From: a bacterium
Lineage (GTDB): Archaea > Thermoplasmatota > E2 > JACPAO01 > JAHFTW01
Reading direction: 5' to 3'
Assembly (NCBI GenBank): GCA_040390065.1
Contig: JAZJZE010000010.1
Coordinates: 1-64,000 of the forward strand
DNA: 64,000 nucleotides
The notes beneath the pieces are model-generated. The model ran no database searches. It saw nothing but the letters and a program-made list of their open reading frames with translations, and was not told the origin of the DNA. A program made the translations under genes and the position numbers. The stretch's first letter is position 1, and every line of letters starts with the position of its first letter. Below are positions 38,338-48,042 of this stretch, one piece after another.

Positions 38338-38856
38338 CTATTTCGCCTTCTCGGCGGCCGGATCGGCTCCAGCCGCTGGCGGCGCGCCGCTGCCAGGAGC
38401 CGGCGCAGGAGGAGTCTTCGGTCCATCGGGTTGGCCTCCGGGTCCGTCGCCGGCCTCCGTCTTCGCCTCGTCCTTGACGGCGTCGTAGGCCGCCTGCAGG
38501 ACCTCCTGCGCGCCGGCGCGGTCGGCGCGGATGAGCAGGCCCAGGTAGGGCACGGCCGCGAGGCGGTCGAGGACGGCCGCCATCTTCTCGGGCCCGGGCT
38601 TGTCGGGCAGCTCCTGGTCGGCCCAGGCGAAGGTGGCGCGGCCGTAGGCGGCGAGCAGGCGCATGGTCGGCGCGTCGATCTTGCCGGCCGCCTGGAGGGC
38701 CTGGATGCGCGCCTTGAGGACTCCCACGGCCAGGCGCGGCAGCGGGCGGATGGCGCGGACCGCGGCCGCCTCGAGCGTCCTGGCGCCGACCGCGCCCGCG
38801 AGGAGCGAGGCCGGGTCGAGGTGCTGCGCCTGCGCGACGAGGGCTTGGAGGTCCAT
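38338..38856 (-). CDS. Putative holin-like or lysis accessory protein
   Basis: KPGPEKMAAVL...AQEVLQAAY resembles LL-H-type holins; last gene of the late operon. Confidence 0.4.
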   Translation of the reverse strand: MDLQALVAQAQHLDPASLLAGAVGARTLEAAAVRAIRPLPRLAVGVLKARIQALQAAGKIDAPTMRLLAAYGRATFAWADQELPDKPGPEKMAAVLDRLAAVPYLGLLIRADRAGAQEVLQAAYDAVKDEAKTEAGDGPGGQPDGPKTPPAPAPGSGAPPAAGADPAAEKAK

Positions 38857-38858
38857 GG

Positions 38859-39485
38859 TCAGAGCCCCAGGAGAGCGCGCAGGTCGCCCAGCGGCAGGTC
38901 CATCTTGAGCTGCGGGCCGTGGTCGAAGCGGCCGCCCACGATGCCGGCCATGTAGTCGAGCGTGGTGATCTTGCCGAGGTAGGCGAGCGGGGCGGGCGCC
39001 TGCCAGTCGGTCGCGGCCTCGAGGTAGGGCACCTTGCTGGCGACGTCCTCGAGCAGGCTCTTGGCCGCGGGGCCGACGTTGAAGCCCAGGCGGCCGACGT
39101 AGCCGGGGGTGTGGCTCGCGCTGTAGAGCGCGGCGCCGCCCAGGTGGAAGATCGGCAGCTTGTCCTTGGCCAGGATGAGGACGTCGCGGCACGGCCCCGC
39201 CATGAGGAACTTGGCGTTGACGGCGTAGGCCGCGCAGGAGCCCACCGTCGCGCTCTTGTCGAAGCCGACCTGCCACTGGCCGCGGCTGCCGAAGGGGCCG
39301 CCGATCTTGACCCAGTCGGCCGGCGTGAGCGTGCCCGGCGCTGGCGCCTTCGCGGCGGCGACCGCGTCGGCCCCGGCCTTCACGAAGGCGACCTCCTCCG
39401 GCGTCATGGCCGGCGGCGCGGCGTCCTGGGCGCGGGCGAGCGAGCTGCCGAAGCAGACGAGGGCGGCGAGCATCCAGTGCTTCAT
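38859..39485 (-). CDS. Exported protein in the lysis cassette
   Basis: Signal peptide MKHWMLAALVCFGSSLARA-QD; amphipathic beta-like segments. Confidence 0.6.
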   Translation of the reverse strand: MKHWMLAALVCFGSSLARAQDAAPPAMTPEEVAFVKAGADAVAAAKAPAPGTLTPADWVKIGGPFGSRGQWQVGFDKSATVGSCAAYAVNAKFLMAGPCRDVLILAKDKLPIFHLGGAALYSASHTPGYVGRLGFNVGPAAKSLLEDVASKVPYLEAATDWQAPAPLAYLGKITTLDYMAGIVGGRFDHGPQLKMDLPLGDLRALLGL

Positions 39486-39784
39486 GGGGTGGTCTCCTTG
39501 AACGTCGGGGCGGTGGGCCAGTCGACGAGCGGTGGGCCGACCTCGGCCCCGTCGGTCACGACGTACATCTGGGCGGGCTTGCCGAGCGCGGCGACGCGCG
39601 CGCGGGCCTCGCCGGCGCGGGCGGGGTCGTACAGCTCGAGCGCTGGCCGCGCCTGGCAGACACCGACTAGGGCCAGGGCCGGCTTGGCGCTCTCCGGCAG
39701 GCGCGCGAGCTGGATCTGGAAGCCCAGCAGCGTCAGCGCGCCGGGGCAGAGGTAGGCGGTGAAGGCGACGGCGAGGTGGGTCAT
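39482..39784 (-). CDS. Hypothetical protein
   Basis: Coupled ORF MTHLAVAF... Confidence 0.5.
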   Translation of the reverse strand: MTHLAVAFTAYLCPGALTLLGFQIQLARLPESAKPALALVGVCQARPALELYDPARAGEARARVAALGKPAQMYVVTDGAEVGPPLVDWPTAPTFKETTP

Positions 39785-40350
39785 GCCGCGACGAGCCTCC
39801 ACTCGCGCAGCCAGCCGTGCCAGCGGGACGTGGCGATCGACGGCGAGACCGTGAGGTTGGGCGGCGCGCCGCTGCGCTTCCAGCAGCGGTGGGCGGGGTC
39901 GCTCGGGCAGGCGCAGTTGTTCGCCTTGCCCTCGGTCATCCAGTCGGAGCCGTCGGGCAGCTTGACGGCCCAGGCGTGGCCGTCCGCGCCCTTGTCGGGC
40001 CACCAGGAGGCGTCGCGGACGGCGCCGGCGGGGGCCTCATCCCACGTAAAGACCGCGCCGGTGTCGTGCCTGTAGAGGCCATCGGCCCAGACCTGCCACT
40101 GGTCTGCGGCCTCGAAGGCGTACCCGCAGGCGCAGCGCTTCGGCCAGCGAGGGTCCGCACGGGCGACCTCTGGCGGGTTGCTCCCGGTGTAGTCCTTCGC
40201 CGGGTCCTCGGGGCGCTCCTCGATCACCACGCTCCTCGCGTTGTGGTAGCCGGGAGACAGGACGCATCGTGCCTCGCTGTAGCGGCGCAGCGAGTAGCGC
40301 GCGCGGCGCATGTCCTCGAGCAGGAAGCAGACGCTCGTGTTGGGGGTCAC
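39781..40350 (-). CDS. DUF6527-like protein
   Basis: W...PPNLTVSPSI...WHGWLR. Confidence 0.6.
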   Translation of the reverse strand: MTPNTSVCFLLEDMRRARYSLRRYSEARCVLSPGYHNARSVVIEERPEDPAKDYTGSNPPEVARADPRWPKRCACGYAFEAADQWQVWADGLYRHDTGAVFTWDEAPAGAVRDASWWPDKGADGHAWAVKLPDGSDWMTEGKANNCACPSDPAHRCWKRSGAPPNLTVSPSIATSRWHGWLREWRLVAA

Positions 40351-40919
40351 GCGGTCGCCTCCGGCTTGTAGAGGTAGAAGCGGATGAGCGGGCGCTGGTG
40401 CTCGAGGAAGCCGCCGGAGAGCTTGCAGCGCTTATTGGCGTGGCCGACGTTGGCGATCACTGGGACGAGCGCGCCGCCCCAGCTGTCGCTCGCCTCCATC
40501 GGGTCCGGGTATCCGGCGGCCAGGTGGCCGTGCGGGTACTCCTCGAGCGTGGCGAAGCCGAGGCCGCCGCGCTGGGCGTGCTCGGAGAGCCGCTCCATCG
40601 TGTCCTCGCGCCAGTCCGGGTCGCCGCGGATGATGGCGATCTGCTTGTCGGCCAGGTGGCCGGCGAGCTTGCCGTAGCCGGCGGCGGCCGCGGCGATCTC
40701 GGCCGCGGCGCCGTTGCAGTGGGTGTCGGCCGGCCCCGGCTGGCCCGGGGCCCAGGCGGGGTTGCCGATGGCGGCGTCGCAGGCGGCGCGCAGGCGCGCG
40801 GCGGCCGCGGCGCGATCGGCCTCGACCGAGTAGCCCGAGCCGAGCGGGATGGTGACGTCGGCGCCGGGGCCGGCGGGCTTGTAGAGCAGCAGGCCCAGGA
40901 GGTCCTCGAGGAGGCTCAC
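40347..40919 (-). CDS. Putative endolysin (CHAP/NlpC-like Cys-His peptidase)
   Basis: DTHCN...HGHLA...IANVG catalytic-like pattern; follows a membrane protein after the tail genes. Confidence 0.5.
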   Translation of the reverse strand: MSLLEDLLGLLLYKPAGPGADVTIPLGSGYSVEADRAAAAARLRAACDAAIGNPAWAPGQPGPADTHCNGAAAEIAAAAAGYGKLAGHLADKQIAIIRGDPDWREDTMERLSEHAQRGGLGFATLEEYPHGHLAAGYPDPMEASDSWGGALVPVIANVGHANKRCKLSGGFLEHQRPLIRFYLYKPEATA

Positions 40920-41404
40920 AGGGCCTTCTTCCCGGCGAGCTGGACGGCGAGGTCGTTGAGGCGCTCGTGGATCTTGGTGCGCCCCTCGCTGGAGGCGGTG
41001 CGGTTGGCCTCGAGGGTGATCTGCAGGCTCCTGAGCGTCTCGACGTGAGCGCGGTTCTCCTCGTGGATGCTGGACAGGACCTTGGACAGGTCCTCGCGCT
41101 CCTGGCGGTCGTGGGCGAGGTGGTTCTCCATGAGCTTGAAGGTCTGCTCGCGGGCGGCGCGGATCTCGTTGATGAGGGCCTGGCGCTCCTGCTCGCGCGC
41201 GGCGGTCTCGCGGGCGCGCTCGGAGGCGGCGCTGGCGGCGTCGCTGCGGGCGTTGGTCGCCTCGGTGCGCCAGCCGTCGACCTTGGCCTTGGCGGCGTAG
41301 GCGGCGATCACCACGGCGGCGAAGGCGGCGAGGGCCAGCAGCGCGGTCACCGGGCCGCTGCGCTGGAGGGTCTGGCCGAAGACGGCGGACAGGATGTATT
41401 CCAT
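40916..41404 (-). CDS. Putative holin/membrane protein with coiled coil
   Basis: N-terminal TM VTALLALAAFAAVVIAAYA followed by a coiled coil. Confidence 0.5.
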   Translation of the reverse strand: MEYILSAVFGQTLQRSGPVTALLALAAFAAVVIAAYAAKAKVDGWRTEATNARSDAASAASERARETAAREQERQALINEIRAAREQTFKLMENHLAHDRQEREDLSKVLSSIHEENRAHVETLRSLQITLEANRTASSEGRTKIHERLNDLAVQLAGKKAL

Positions 41405-41417
41405 GCTCGCTCTCCCC

Positions 41418-41876
41418 CTAGTCGATGTTCGCGCCCACGCGGAAGCGCGCGCGCCGCGTGCTCTGCGTCTTGCCGGCGAGGACGTACTCGGCCTGGACCT
41501 GGTAGGTGCCGACCTGGGCGAGGTCGGCGGGGGCGGCCGCGAGGGCGAGCGCGCCGTCGACGCCGCTGGTCAGGAAGGCGGCGTCGCGCTCGACCGTCGT
41601 GCCGTCGGGGCGCAGGAGCCGGATCTTCATGGCGCTGGCCGCGCGCAGGTTGACGGGCGCGCCGGCCTGGTCGACCGCGTACACGACGATCTGGATGCCG
41701 CCGTTGGAGCGCTGGCACTCCTGCGGCGCGTTGTCGATGTCGGCGGTGACGGGGCCGGCCACGGGCAGGGTGAAGTTGAGCGGGATCATGGGGCTCCTGG
41801 AGAGCAGGCCGAGCGGGCCCCCTGGGAGGCCGTTCGCGCAGATGCCCGAGACGCGGAGAACGCCGGCGATGAACAC
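41418..41876 (-). CDS. BppU-N-like Ig-fold virion protein
   Basis: PVNL...IRLLRPDGT...DLAQVGTYQVQAE. Confidence 0.55.
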   Translation of the reverse strand: MFIAGVLRVSGICANGLPGGPLGLLSRSPMIPLNFTLPVAGPVTADIDNAPQECQRSNGGIQIVVYAVDQAGAPVNLRAASAMKIRLLRPDGTTVERDAAFLTSGVDGALALAAAPADLAQVGTYQVQAEYVLAGKTQSTRRARFRVGANID

Positions 41877-41886
41877 ATATTCTCCT

Positions 41887-42483
41887 TTAAGCGATGATGA
41901 AAACGTCGTCCGCCGACGGCGCGCCGGTGAAGGCGCCAGCGACGGTGATGGTGCCGCTGTCCGGGTCGTATCCGGTGATGGTGCTGCCCTGGCCGGCGAG
42001 GTCGCCGGTGGTGAAGTAGAGCGATCGACCGGCGTAGGCGTTGACGTTGGAGTTGGTGACGTCGGTCGTGAAGGCGGCCGCCTCGAGCGTTCCGGCGATG
42101 ACGGCGCCCAGGACCATGCTCGAGAGGGAGGCCTGCATCTTGGCCGGGACCGCAGCGTCGCCGGCGACGGCGGCGACGTTCGCGCCCTGGGACTGCGCGG
42201 GTCCGGCGTACGGCGCGTCGCCCAGCGTCGGGGTCCCGTTGGCGTATATGACCTCGCTGGTCAGCACGCCGGAGATCGCGGCCGGGTAGGTGCCCCGGTA
42301 GTAGCCGCTGGTGCCCTGCTCGGTGAGCGCGATCGCGTACTGCGCCCAGTGGCCGCCGTTGTAGGCCTCCCAGCCGCCGAGGCCGGAGTTCAGCGTCGTG
42401 TTCCACACGCGGCCGTCTGGGTGGTGGGAGACGGCGTAGAGCGAGAGGCCCGTCGCGCCCGTCGTCTCGATGGGGGTGGGCAT
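41887..42483 (-). CDS. Putative virion structural protein
   Basis: T/G/A-rich; YAGRSLYFTTG.LAGQ..TITGYD...FTGAPSADDVFII. Confidence 0.6.
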   Translation of the reverse strand: MPTPIETTGATGLSLYAVSHHPDGRVWNTTLNSGLGGWEAYNGGHWAQYAIALTEQGTSGYYRGTYPAAISGVLTSEVIYANGTPTLGDAPYAGPAQSQGANVAAVAGDAAVPAKMQASLSSMVLGAVIAGTLEAAAFTTDVTNSNVNAYAGRSLYFTTGDLAGQGSTITGYDPDSGTITVAGAFTGAPSADDVFIIA

Positions 42484-42490
42484 TGGTCTC

Positions 42491-45400
42491 CTAGAATGGC
42501 CACGGCTCCGCTTTGAGGCGATACCATCCCGTGTACGTTCCCGCCGAAGGGATGAAGGTCATGCTCGACAGCTCTACGCCCGAGTAGGTTCCGCCCAGCT
42601 TGCAGGTCTCCAGGTGTGGTCCGGAGTATGGAGCCGACGCGGTCCCCTCCCGGATGACCACCTTCGTCCCGTTGTTGCGGACCGTCTCTAGCACGATCCG
42701 AACCGTCTGCGTCTGCCCGACGGCGCATGTGTCCCGGTTGAAGGCCCAGTATCCATTCGACTCGCTGTTGGCGATGATCGTGCCCCCCAGCGAGTCGTTG
42801 CACGGCGTTGTGTACTGGTGGCGCCCAGAGGTCGTGTCATTATTGATCGTCAGCCGGAATTCGGACGCCGACGTGTTGCACATGGCATCCATTTCCAGCA
42901 CGTACGTGTACGACGAGCGGAGATTCGTGAACGTGACACCGCTCGCCGTCGTCATGACCCCGCTCGCCACCAGGGTCTCAGCTCCGTAGACGACCCTGGA
43001 ATAGTTGGCCGTCGAGGTCTGCGTCTGGTACCCGAGCGTCACGGTCGAGTTGAAAATTTCAGTTCCCGCATGCGTGTTGTTCCCGGTGAAGGCGATGTTG
43101 CCCGTGAGGCTCGTGATGTCGGCGTTCGTGCCGGACGACGCCTTGGCCGCGAACGCGGCCGTGACGGTCGACAGGTCCACGTTCGCGGCGGGGACGGCGG
43201 CGGTCGCGCTCTGCTTCGTGGCCAGCGCCGCGGTCACCGTAGAGAGGTCTATATAAGCGACGGGGACGGGCGTGATGAGGCTGATCGTGTTGCCCGACTT
43301 CGACAGTCCCGTGCCGGCCGTGACGTTGCCCAGGCCGGTGAACTGCACGAAGGAGACGGGGTCGGTCCCGACCGTGGTGACCGAGGACGTCGTGACCCAG
43401 CCGGTGTCGGAGTTGGTCGTCCCCGACGTGACGAACACGGCCACGCCGGAGGCCATCTCGTAGGCGACGTTGAAGTCGGTGGTGCGCGTGAGGACGAAGA
43501 AGGCGCCGACCCCGTTGACGGTGACGCCGTAGATCCCGTTGTGCGAGGGCGTGCCTTCATCCTTCACGAGGACGCGGTCGTTGACGTTCGGGGTCGCGCC
43601 GTCGACCGTCAGTAGGCCGAGCGACAGGCCGGTGATCGTCGCGTTGACGCCGGAGGACCCATTGTCGTAAGAGTTGGTCGGGAGCGCGGCCGCGGTCGCC
43701 AGCCGCCCGGCCGCCTTGAAGTCGAGGCCGTTGATGTTCGCGTCGACGTAGTTCTTCGTCGCGGCGTCCTGCGCGGACGCGGGGTCGGCGACGTTCGTGA
43801 CCCTGTGCGACCCGGCGTCGACGGACCCGTCGCCGAGGACGCCGAACATGGTGGTGGCGTCCTGGCTCGAGACTTTGAGGGTGTACTCCGACGGAGCATT
43901 ATTGGAGCGGACGTTGAGCTTGGCGGCCGGGTCGAAGACGCCGATGCCGACGTTGCCGCCGTTGCGGAAGACGAACTGGTTGCTGTTGCCGTCCTCGAGG
44001 ATGAAGGAGTTCGTGGCCTCGTCGGAGGCGAGGCCCATGCGCATGTTGTACGGGTTGCCGTCGCCGTGGTGGAAGTAGAAGTAGGCGGCCGCGTTGTCCT
44101 TCGCCTCGACGCGGAGGATCGTGCTGCCGTTGACGTTGTTGTCGCCGATGTCGAGCGCGATACCGTTGGCGGGGACGGTGCGCCCGATGGAGACGCTCTT
44201 GCCGTCGCGCGACAGGGAGACGCGCTGCAGGTCCTGCTCGCCGATGCTGATGAGGTTCTGGCCGCCGTTCTGGGAGTACTCGAACCAGTTCTTGGGGTTT
44301 CCGCCGGCGTCGATGTAGACGAGCTTCACCGGCACGCTCGCCGAGCCCATCGTCAGCGTGGCCGTGTTGCTCGAGTAGGAGAGCTTGTCGTCGCCGCCGA
44401 ATCCTGCGGTGTCTCTGAACTGCAGGTCCCCGATCGAGCCGCCCGGCGGGGCCGACGCGAACTGGCCCGTCGAGTAGATGACGGTCTGGTCCGGGAGGCG
44501 GATGACGCCGGCGGCCAAGGCGATGCCCGAGGAGGCCTGGATGGCGAAGACGTTGGCGCCCGACGTGGAGACCACCAGCGGCCCGGTCATGGTGCCGCCC
44601 GCCGACGGCACGAAGGCGAGGTCCTGCCAGTAGGCGTGGGTCGGGTCGGTGGCGACCAGCCCCTGGCCGGCGACGGGGGGCGAGGACAGGTTCACGATGA
44701 CCGCCGTGTAGGTCGAGGCCAGCGCGTAGGCGACGGCGGTGACGTCGCTCGGGAACTGCCCCGGGCCCATGTAGGACGGCCGCAGGCCCGTCAGGAACGA
44801 GCCGACGCCGTGGATCTCGCCGCCCACGGTCAGCGTGCCGACGACGACGGCGTCGTCGCGGACGGTCAGGCTCGACCCGGCGAGCATCGTCTGGGAGTGA
44901 CTCCAGGCGTTGTCGGCGTTGGAGAGCGCGACGCTGCTCGACAGGGCCGGGACCGAGAACTGGTGAACGTCCAGGACGCGGCCCTCGGTGCTCAGGACCA
45001 CCTGCAGGAGCTGGCCGCTGCCGCCCCAGGTGCCGCTCGAGACGCCGGTGGCGTTGAGCTTCTGCGCCACGACGCCCGCGCCGAGGAATCCGTCGTCGAC
45101 CTGCGACGCCGGGAGGACCACGCCGCTCGGCACGAGGCCGGCCGTCAGCTGGTCGGCGGGCAGGGCGATGTTCTGGGCGGTCAGGCTCGTGAGACGCCCG
45201 TCGCCGCGGCGCACGGCGGTCAGGGTCTGGGCGGGGCCGCCGACCGATCCGACGGCCAGGCCGGTCGCGTTGAGGCTCGAGACGCGCACGCTCGCGCCGA
45301 GCGCCCCAGCGAGGATCGTGACGGGGTCGATGGTGACGTAGGTGGGAAGCGTGCCGGTCCCGATCTGCGGGGGCGGCAGGGTAATGGTCGACTGGCTGAT

Positions 45401-46237
45401 TCCGTAGACGCGGCCGTCGCCGTGGAGGACCAGCTGCGGGATGGTGAGGTAGCCGCCCCAGGTGCCGGCCTGGACGCCCGTGGGCGTGATCGAGGACGCG
45501 GCGATGGTCGTGGGCAGCGTGCTCGGGATGAGGTTCGAGATCGGCATGGGCGCGGTGAGGAATGCCGCGCCGCCGCTGATGTTGCCGTGGATGGAGGCCG
45601 CCTGGACGTAGTCGATGGAGGTGCTCGAGACGGCGACGTCCTGGGGCAGGTCGCCGGCCAGGAGGTTGGCGGGGGGGATGTCGGTGATGTTGGTGCCGAG
45701 GACCTGCGGCGAGCCGGTCCAGGACGGCGCGGCGGCCGGCCCGTTGGTCTGAAGGACGCGCCCGGCCGTGCTCGGGGCCAGGACGGTCATGGTGCCGACG
45801 TTGGAGAAGTACGGGATGCTCCCGGTCGAGGCGGTGACGAAGTTCTGCCCGGTGCCGCCGTACTGCGTGCCCACGACCGTGCCGCGCCAGGCACCGGACG
45901 TGATGCTGCCCACGCCGGTGATCCCGGTGTAGCTCCCGGCCACGCGCGGGTTCGGGACCGTGCCGCTGGCCATGGCCGAGGCGTTCAGGCCCGTGATGCC
46001 GGCTCCGCCGCCGGCGAGGTCCGTCACGGTCAGGTTCGTGACGTGGAGGTTCACGACGGTGACCGTGCTCGCGGTGAGCGTGCCGCGGACGGTCCAGGTC
46101 CCGACGCTGGCCTCGGCGGCCTGCGGCGTCGATGTGTTGAGGATGCAGTTCGGGCAGCCGACAGGGGGAACCGGGCCAGCGACGGCCGTGCCGGCGGCCG
46201 CCAGAAGCAGCGCGACGAGCGCGGCGCGTGGTCTCAT
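42491..46237 (-). CDS. Long tail fibre-like protein with N-terminal signal peptide
   Basis: 1248 aa, G/T/S/V-rich. Fibre motifs QDAATKNYVD, DRVLVKDE...NGIY, GNVGIG, SGTNADITSL. N-terminus MRPRAALVALLLAAAGTAVA-GP. Confidence 0.8.
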   Translation of the reverse strand: MRPRAALVALLLAAAGTAVAGPVPPVGCPNCILNTSTPQAAEASVGTWTVRGTLTASTVTVVNLHVTNLTVTDLAGGGAGITGLNASAMASGTVPNPRVAGSYTGITGVGSITSGAWRGTVVGTQYGGTGQNFVTASTGSIPYFSNVGTMTVLAPSTAGRVLQTNGPAAAPSWTGSPQVLGTNITDIPPANLLAGDLPQDVAVSSTSIDYVQAASIHGNISGGAAFLTAPMPISNLIPSTLPTTIAASSITPTGVQAGTWGGYLTIPQLVLHGDGRVYGISQSTITLPPPQIGTGTLPTYVTIDPVTILAGALGASVRVSSLNATGLAVGSVGGPAQTLTAVRRGDGRLTSLTAQNIALPADQLTAGLVPSGVVLPASQVDDGFLGAGVVAQKLNATGVSSGTWGGSGQLLQVVLSTEGRVLDVHQFSVPALSSSVALSNADNAWSHSQTMLAGSSLTVRDDAVVVGTLTVGGEIHGVGSFLTGLRPSYMGPGQFPSDVTAVAYALASTYTAVIVNLSSPPVAGQGLVATDPTHAYWQDLAFVPSAGGTMTGPLVVSTSGANVFAIQASSGIALAAGVIRLPDQTVIYSTGQFASAPPGGSIGDLQFRDTAGFGGDDKLSYSSNTATLTMGSASVPVKLVYIDAGGNPKNWFEYSQNGGQNLISIGEQDLQRVSLSRDGKSVSIGRTVPANGIALDIGDNNVNGSTILRVEAKDNAAAYFYFHHGDGNPYNMRMGLASDEATNSFILEDGNSNQFVFRNGGNVGIGVFDPAAKLNVRSNNAPSEYTLKVSSQDATTMFGVLGDGSVDAGSHRVTNVADPASAQDAATKNYVDANINGLDFKAAGRLATAAALPTNSYDNGSSGVNATITGLSLGLLTVDGATPNVNDRVLVKDEGTPSHNGIYGVTVNGVGAFFVLTRTTDFNVAYEMASGVAVFVTSGTTNSDTGWVTTSSVTTVGTDPVSFVQFTGLGNVTAGTGLSKSGNTISLITPVPVAYIDLSTVTAALATKQSATAAVPAANVDLSTVTAAFAAKASSGTNADITSLTGNIAFTGNNTHAGTEIFNSTVTLGYQTQTSTANYSRVVYGAETLVASGVMTTASGVTFTNLRSSYTYVLEMDAMCNTSASEFRLTINNDTTSGRHQYTTPCNDSLGGTIIANSESNGYWAFNRDTCAVGQTQTVRIVLETVRNNGTKVVIREGTASAPYSGPHLETCKLGGTYSGVELSSMTFIPSAGTYTGWYRLKAEPWPF

Positions 46238-46268
46238 GGCCCGGTTCCCCCTTTCCTGTCTCAGGTCG

Positions 46269-47156
46269 TTACGGAATCGCCAGCCAGCTGTTGGCCGCGG
46301 CGGCAGCCGCGCCGGTGACCGCCTGGGTGCTCAGGTACAGCTTCGTCGGAGCGCTGTTGAGGTACAGGAGGCACCCCTGGGGGTAGTCCTGCGTGGGCAG
46401 CGCGTTGACGGTCCCGAGGAAGCACAGCGAGCGCGCGAGCGTGCCCGCGGCCCCGCCGACCATCGTCGGGTGCGGCGTGGTGATGGGCGAGCCCGACGTC
46501 GCCAGCGTGTAGGCGACCGGCGACAGCCGCGCGCGCAGGAAGACGACGGTGGACGCGCCGCCGAGCCAGACGGCCTCGACCTGCGTGTGCAGGACCGGGC
46601 TCAGGTTGATCGCCGCCGCGAGGTTGACCGCGGTGTTGGAGGCGACGTCCTGCTTGAACCAGTCCCGGCCCTGGACGAGCGCGACCGCGTTGATCTTGAC
46701 GAAGGCGTCGTTGAGCCCGCCGGTCAGGTGCGCGCCGCTGACGCTGATCTCTCCGGAGGCAGAGGTCACCAGGGTCGTTCCGTTGTACAAGGTCCCGGCC
46801 GAGACCGCCGTGAGCGCGATGGCGGCGTCGCCGGCGGCGTAGACCGCCGTCACCGGCGCCCCGCTCGCGTTGATCGCCGCCTTCAGGCTCGTCGCGGCCG
46901 TCGCGGTCGTGGTGCCGATGGAGAAGTCTCGGCCCGCGATGAACGTGTACTGGGCGATGGTGAGCTGCGTGCCCACGAGCGTCGTGGTTTCGACGACCGT
47001 CACCGTCCCCGTGGCCGAAGCGGCGGCGAGCGAGGAGTTCGTGGCGATCGTAAAGCTACCCGTCGACGGCGTGCCGTCGTAGGTCGCGTGCGCGTACTTC
47101 GGCGCGATGCCGAGCGTCAGCAGCGCGAGGACGGCGGCCAGCATGGTTTTCTTCAT
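46269..47156 (-). CDS. Thr/Ala-rich tail-region protein with signal peptide
   Basis: MKKTMLAAVLALLTLGIAPKYAHA-TY; two repeats GRD(F/W)...A..L.AAIN. Confidence 0.7.
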   Translation of the reverse strand: MKKTMLAAVLALLTLGIAPKYAHATYDGTPSTGSFTIATNSSLAAASATGTVTVVETTTLVGTQLTIAQYTFIAGRDFSIGTTTATAATSLKAAINASGAPVTAVYAAGDAAIALTAVSAGTLYNGTTLVTSASGEISVSGAHLTGGLNDAFVKINAVALVQGRDWFKQDVASNTAVNLAAAINLSPVLHTQVEAVWLGGASTVVFLRARLSPVAYTLATSGSPITTPHPTMVGGAAGTLARSLCFLGTVNALPTQDYPQGCLLYLNSAPTKLYLSTQAVTGAAAAAANSWLAIP

Positions 47157-47172
47157 ATCGTTTTATTTTCCC

Positions 47173-48039
47173 CTAGCGGTACTTGATGATCTTGTTGTAG
47201 ACGACGGACGGCTGCATGATGTTGTGCGGCTGGTCGCCGCCCGTCGGATCGGTGTTGCCGTTGGGGATGAGGGCCACGCTTGCCGACTGGGCGCCGGCGG
47301 AGCCGCGGCCGCCGCCGTGGGTGTGCGACGGCATCTCGGCGACGGTCAGCAGGTGCGTCTCCTCGCCGCCGATGCTGCCGACGGTGTTCCCCAATGTGGC
47401 CGAGGCCGCGCCGCCCGCGCCGACGGAGACGCGCCGCGCGCTCGGCGGCAGCTGGAAGGTGGTGACGCCGTCGCCGGCTCCGAAGGACACGCCGATGACG
47501 GCGAAGAGGGCTGCGTAGGTGGTCCGGCTCTTGAGGGAGGCGTCGGCGAACAGGTAGTCGGTCGGCAGGACGGGACCAGCGAAGTCGAGGACGGTCCCGA
47601 CCGGGACCGCCTGCGCCGGCGCGACCGGCGCGTTCACCCAGCTCCAGAAGGCGTTGCTCGCCCCGGCCGGCGGGGCGTTGCCGATGTTGTCGTCCTGCTC
47701 CGAGACGAACCACTGCCCGAGGCCGGCGGCGTCTTGACAGACCGAGGTCTTGTAGTACGTCGTTTCTGCGTTCCACTCGGGGATGCCCTGCTGCAGAAGA
47801 TAGCCGACCTGTGTGGAGTGCTCGAATCCGAACGAGTTGATGTCCTGCAGCAACAGGTCCTTGTTGTCGCCGTAGACCGAGGACTGAAAGCCCTCGTCCC
47901 ATGCCGGCAGGGACATGATCGTGGCCAGATCCTTGGTCTTGACCGGATCCCCGGCGACGAGCGAGCCGAACTTGGCGAAGTTGTCCGTGCTCCCGGTGCG
48001 CCCGAAAATCTTATGATTCTGGCGGGTGATCTTGGCCAT
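47173..48039 (-). CDS. Short tail fibre with tail-collar domain
   Basis: YLLQQGIPEW; PVGTVLDFAG...YAALFAVIG..FGAGDGVTTFQLP; GGEETHLLTVAEMPSHTH. Confidence 0.88.
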   Translation of the reverse strand: MAKITRQNHKIFGRTGSTDNFAKFGSLVAGDPVKTKDLATIMSLPAWDEGFQSSVYGDNKDLLLQDINSFGFEHSTQVGYLLQQGIPEWNAETTYYKTSVCQDAAGLGQWFVSEQDDNIGNAPPAGASNAFWSWVNAPVAPAQAVPVGTVLDFAGPVLPTDYLFADASLKSRTTYAALFAVIGVSFGAGDGVTTFQLPPSARRVSVGAGGAASATLGNTVGSIGGEETHLLTVAEMPSHTHGGGRGSAGAQSASVALIPNGNTDPTGGDQPHNIMQPSVVYNKIIKYR

Positions 48040-48042
48040 GGT

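Noticed and set aside
42491-43100. Diversity-generating retroelement target at the fibre tip
   Set aside because: No reverse transcriptase and no template-repeat copy seen in the window.
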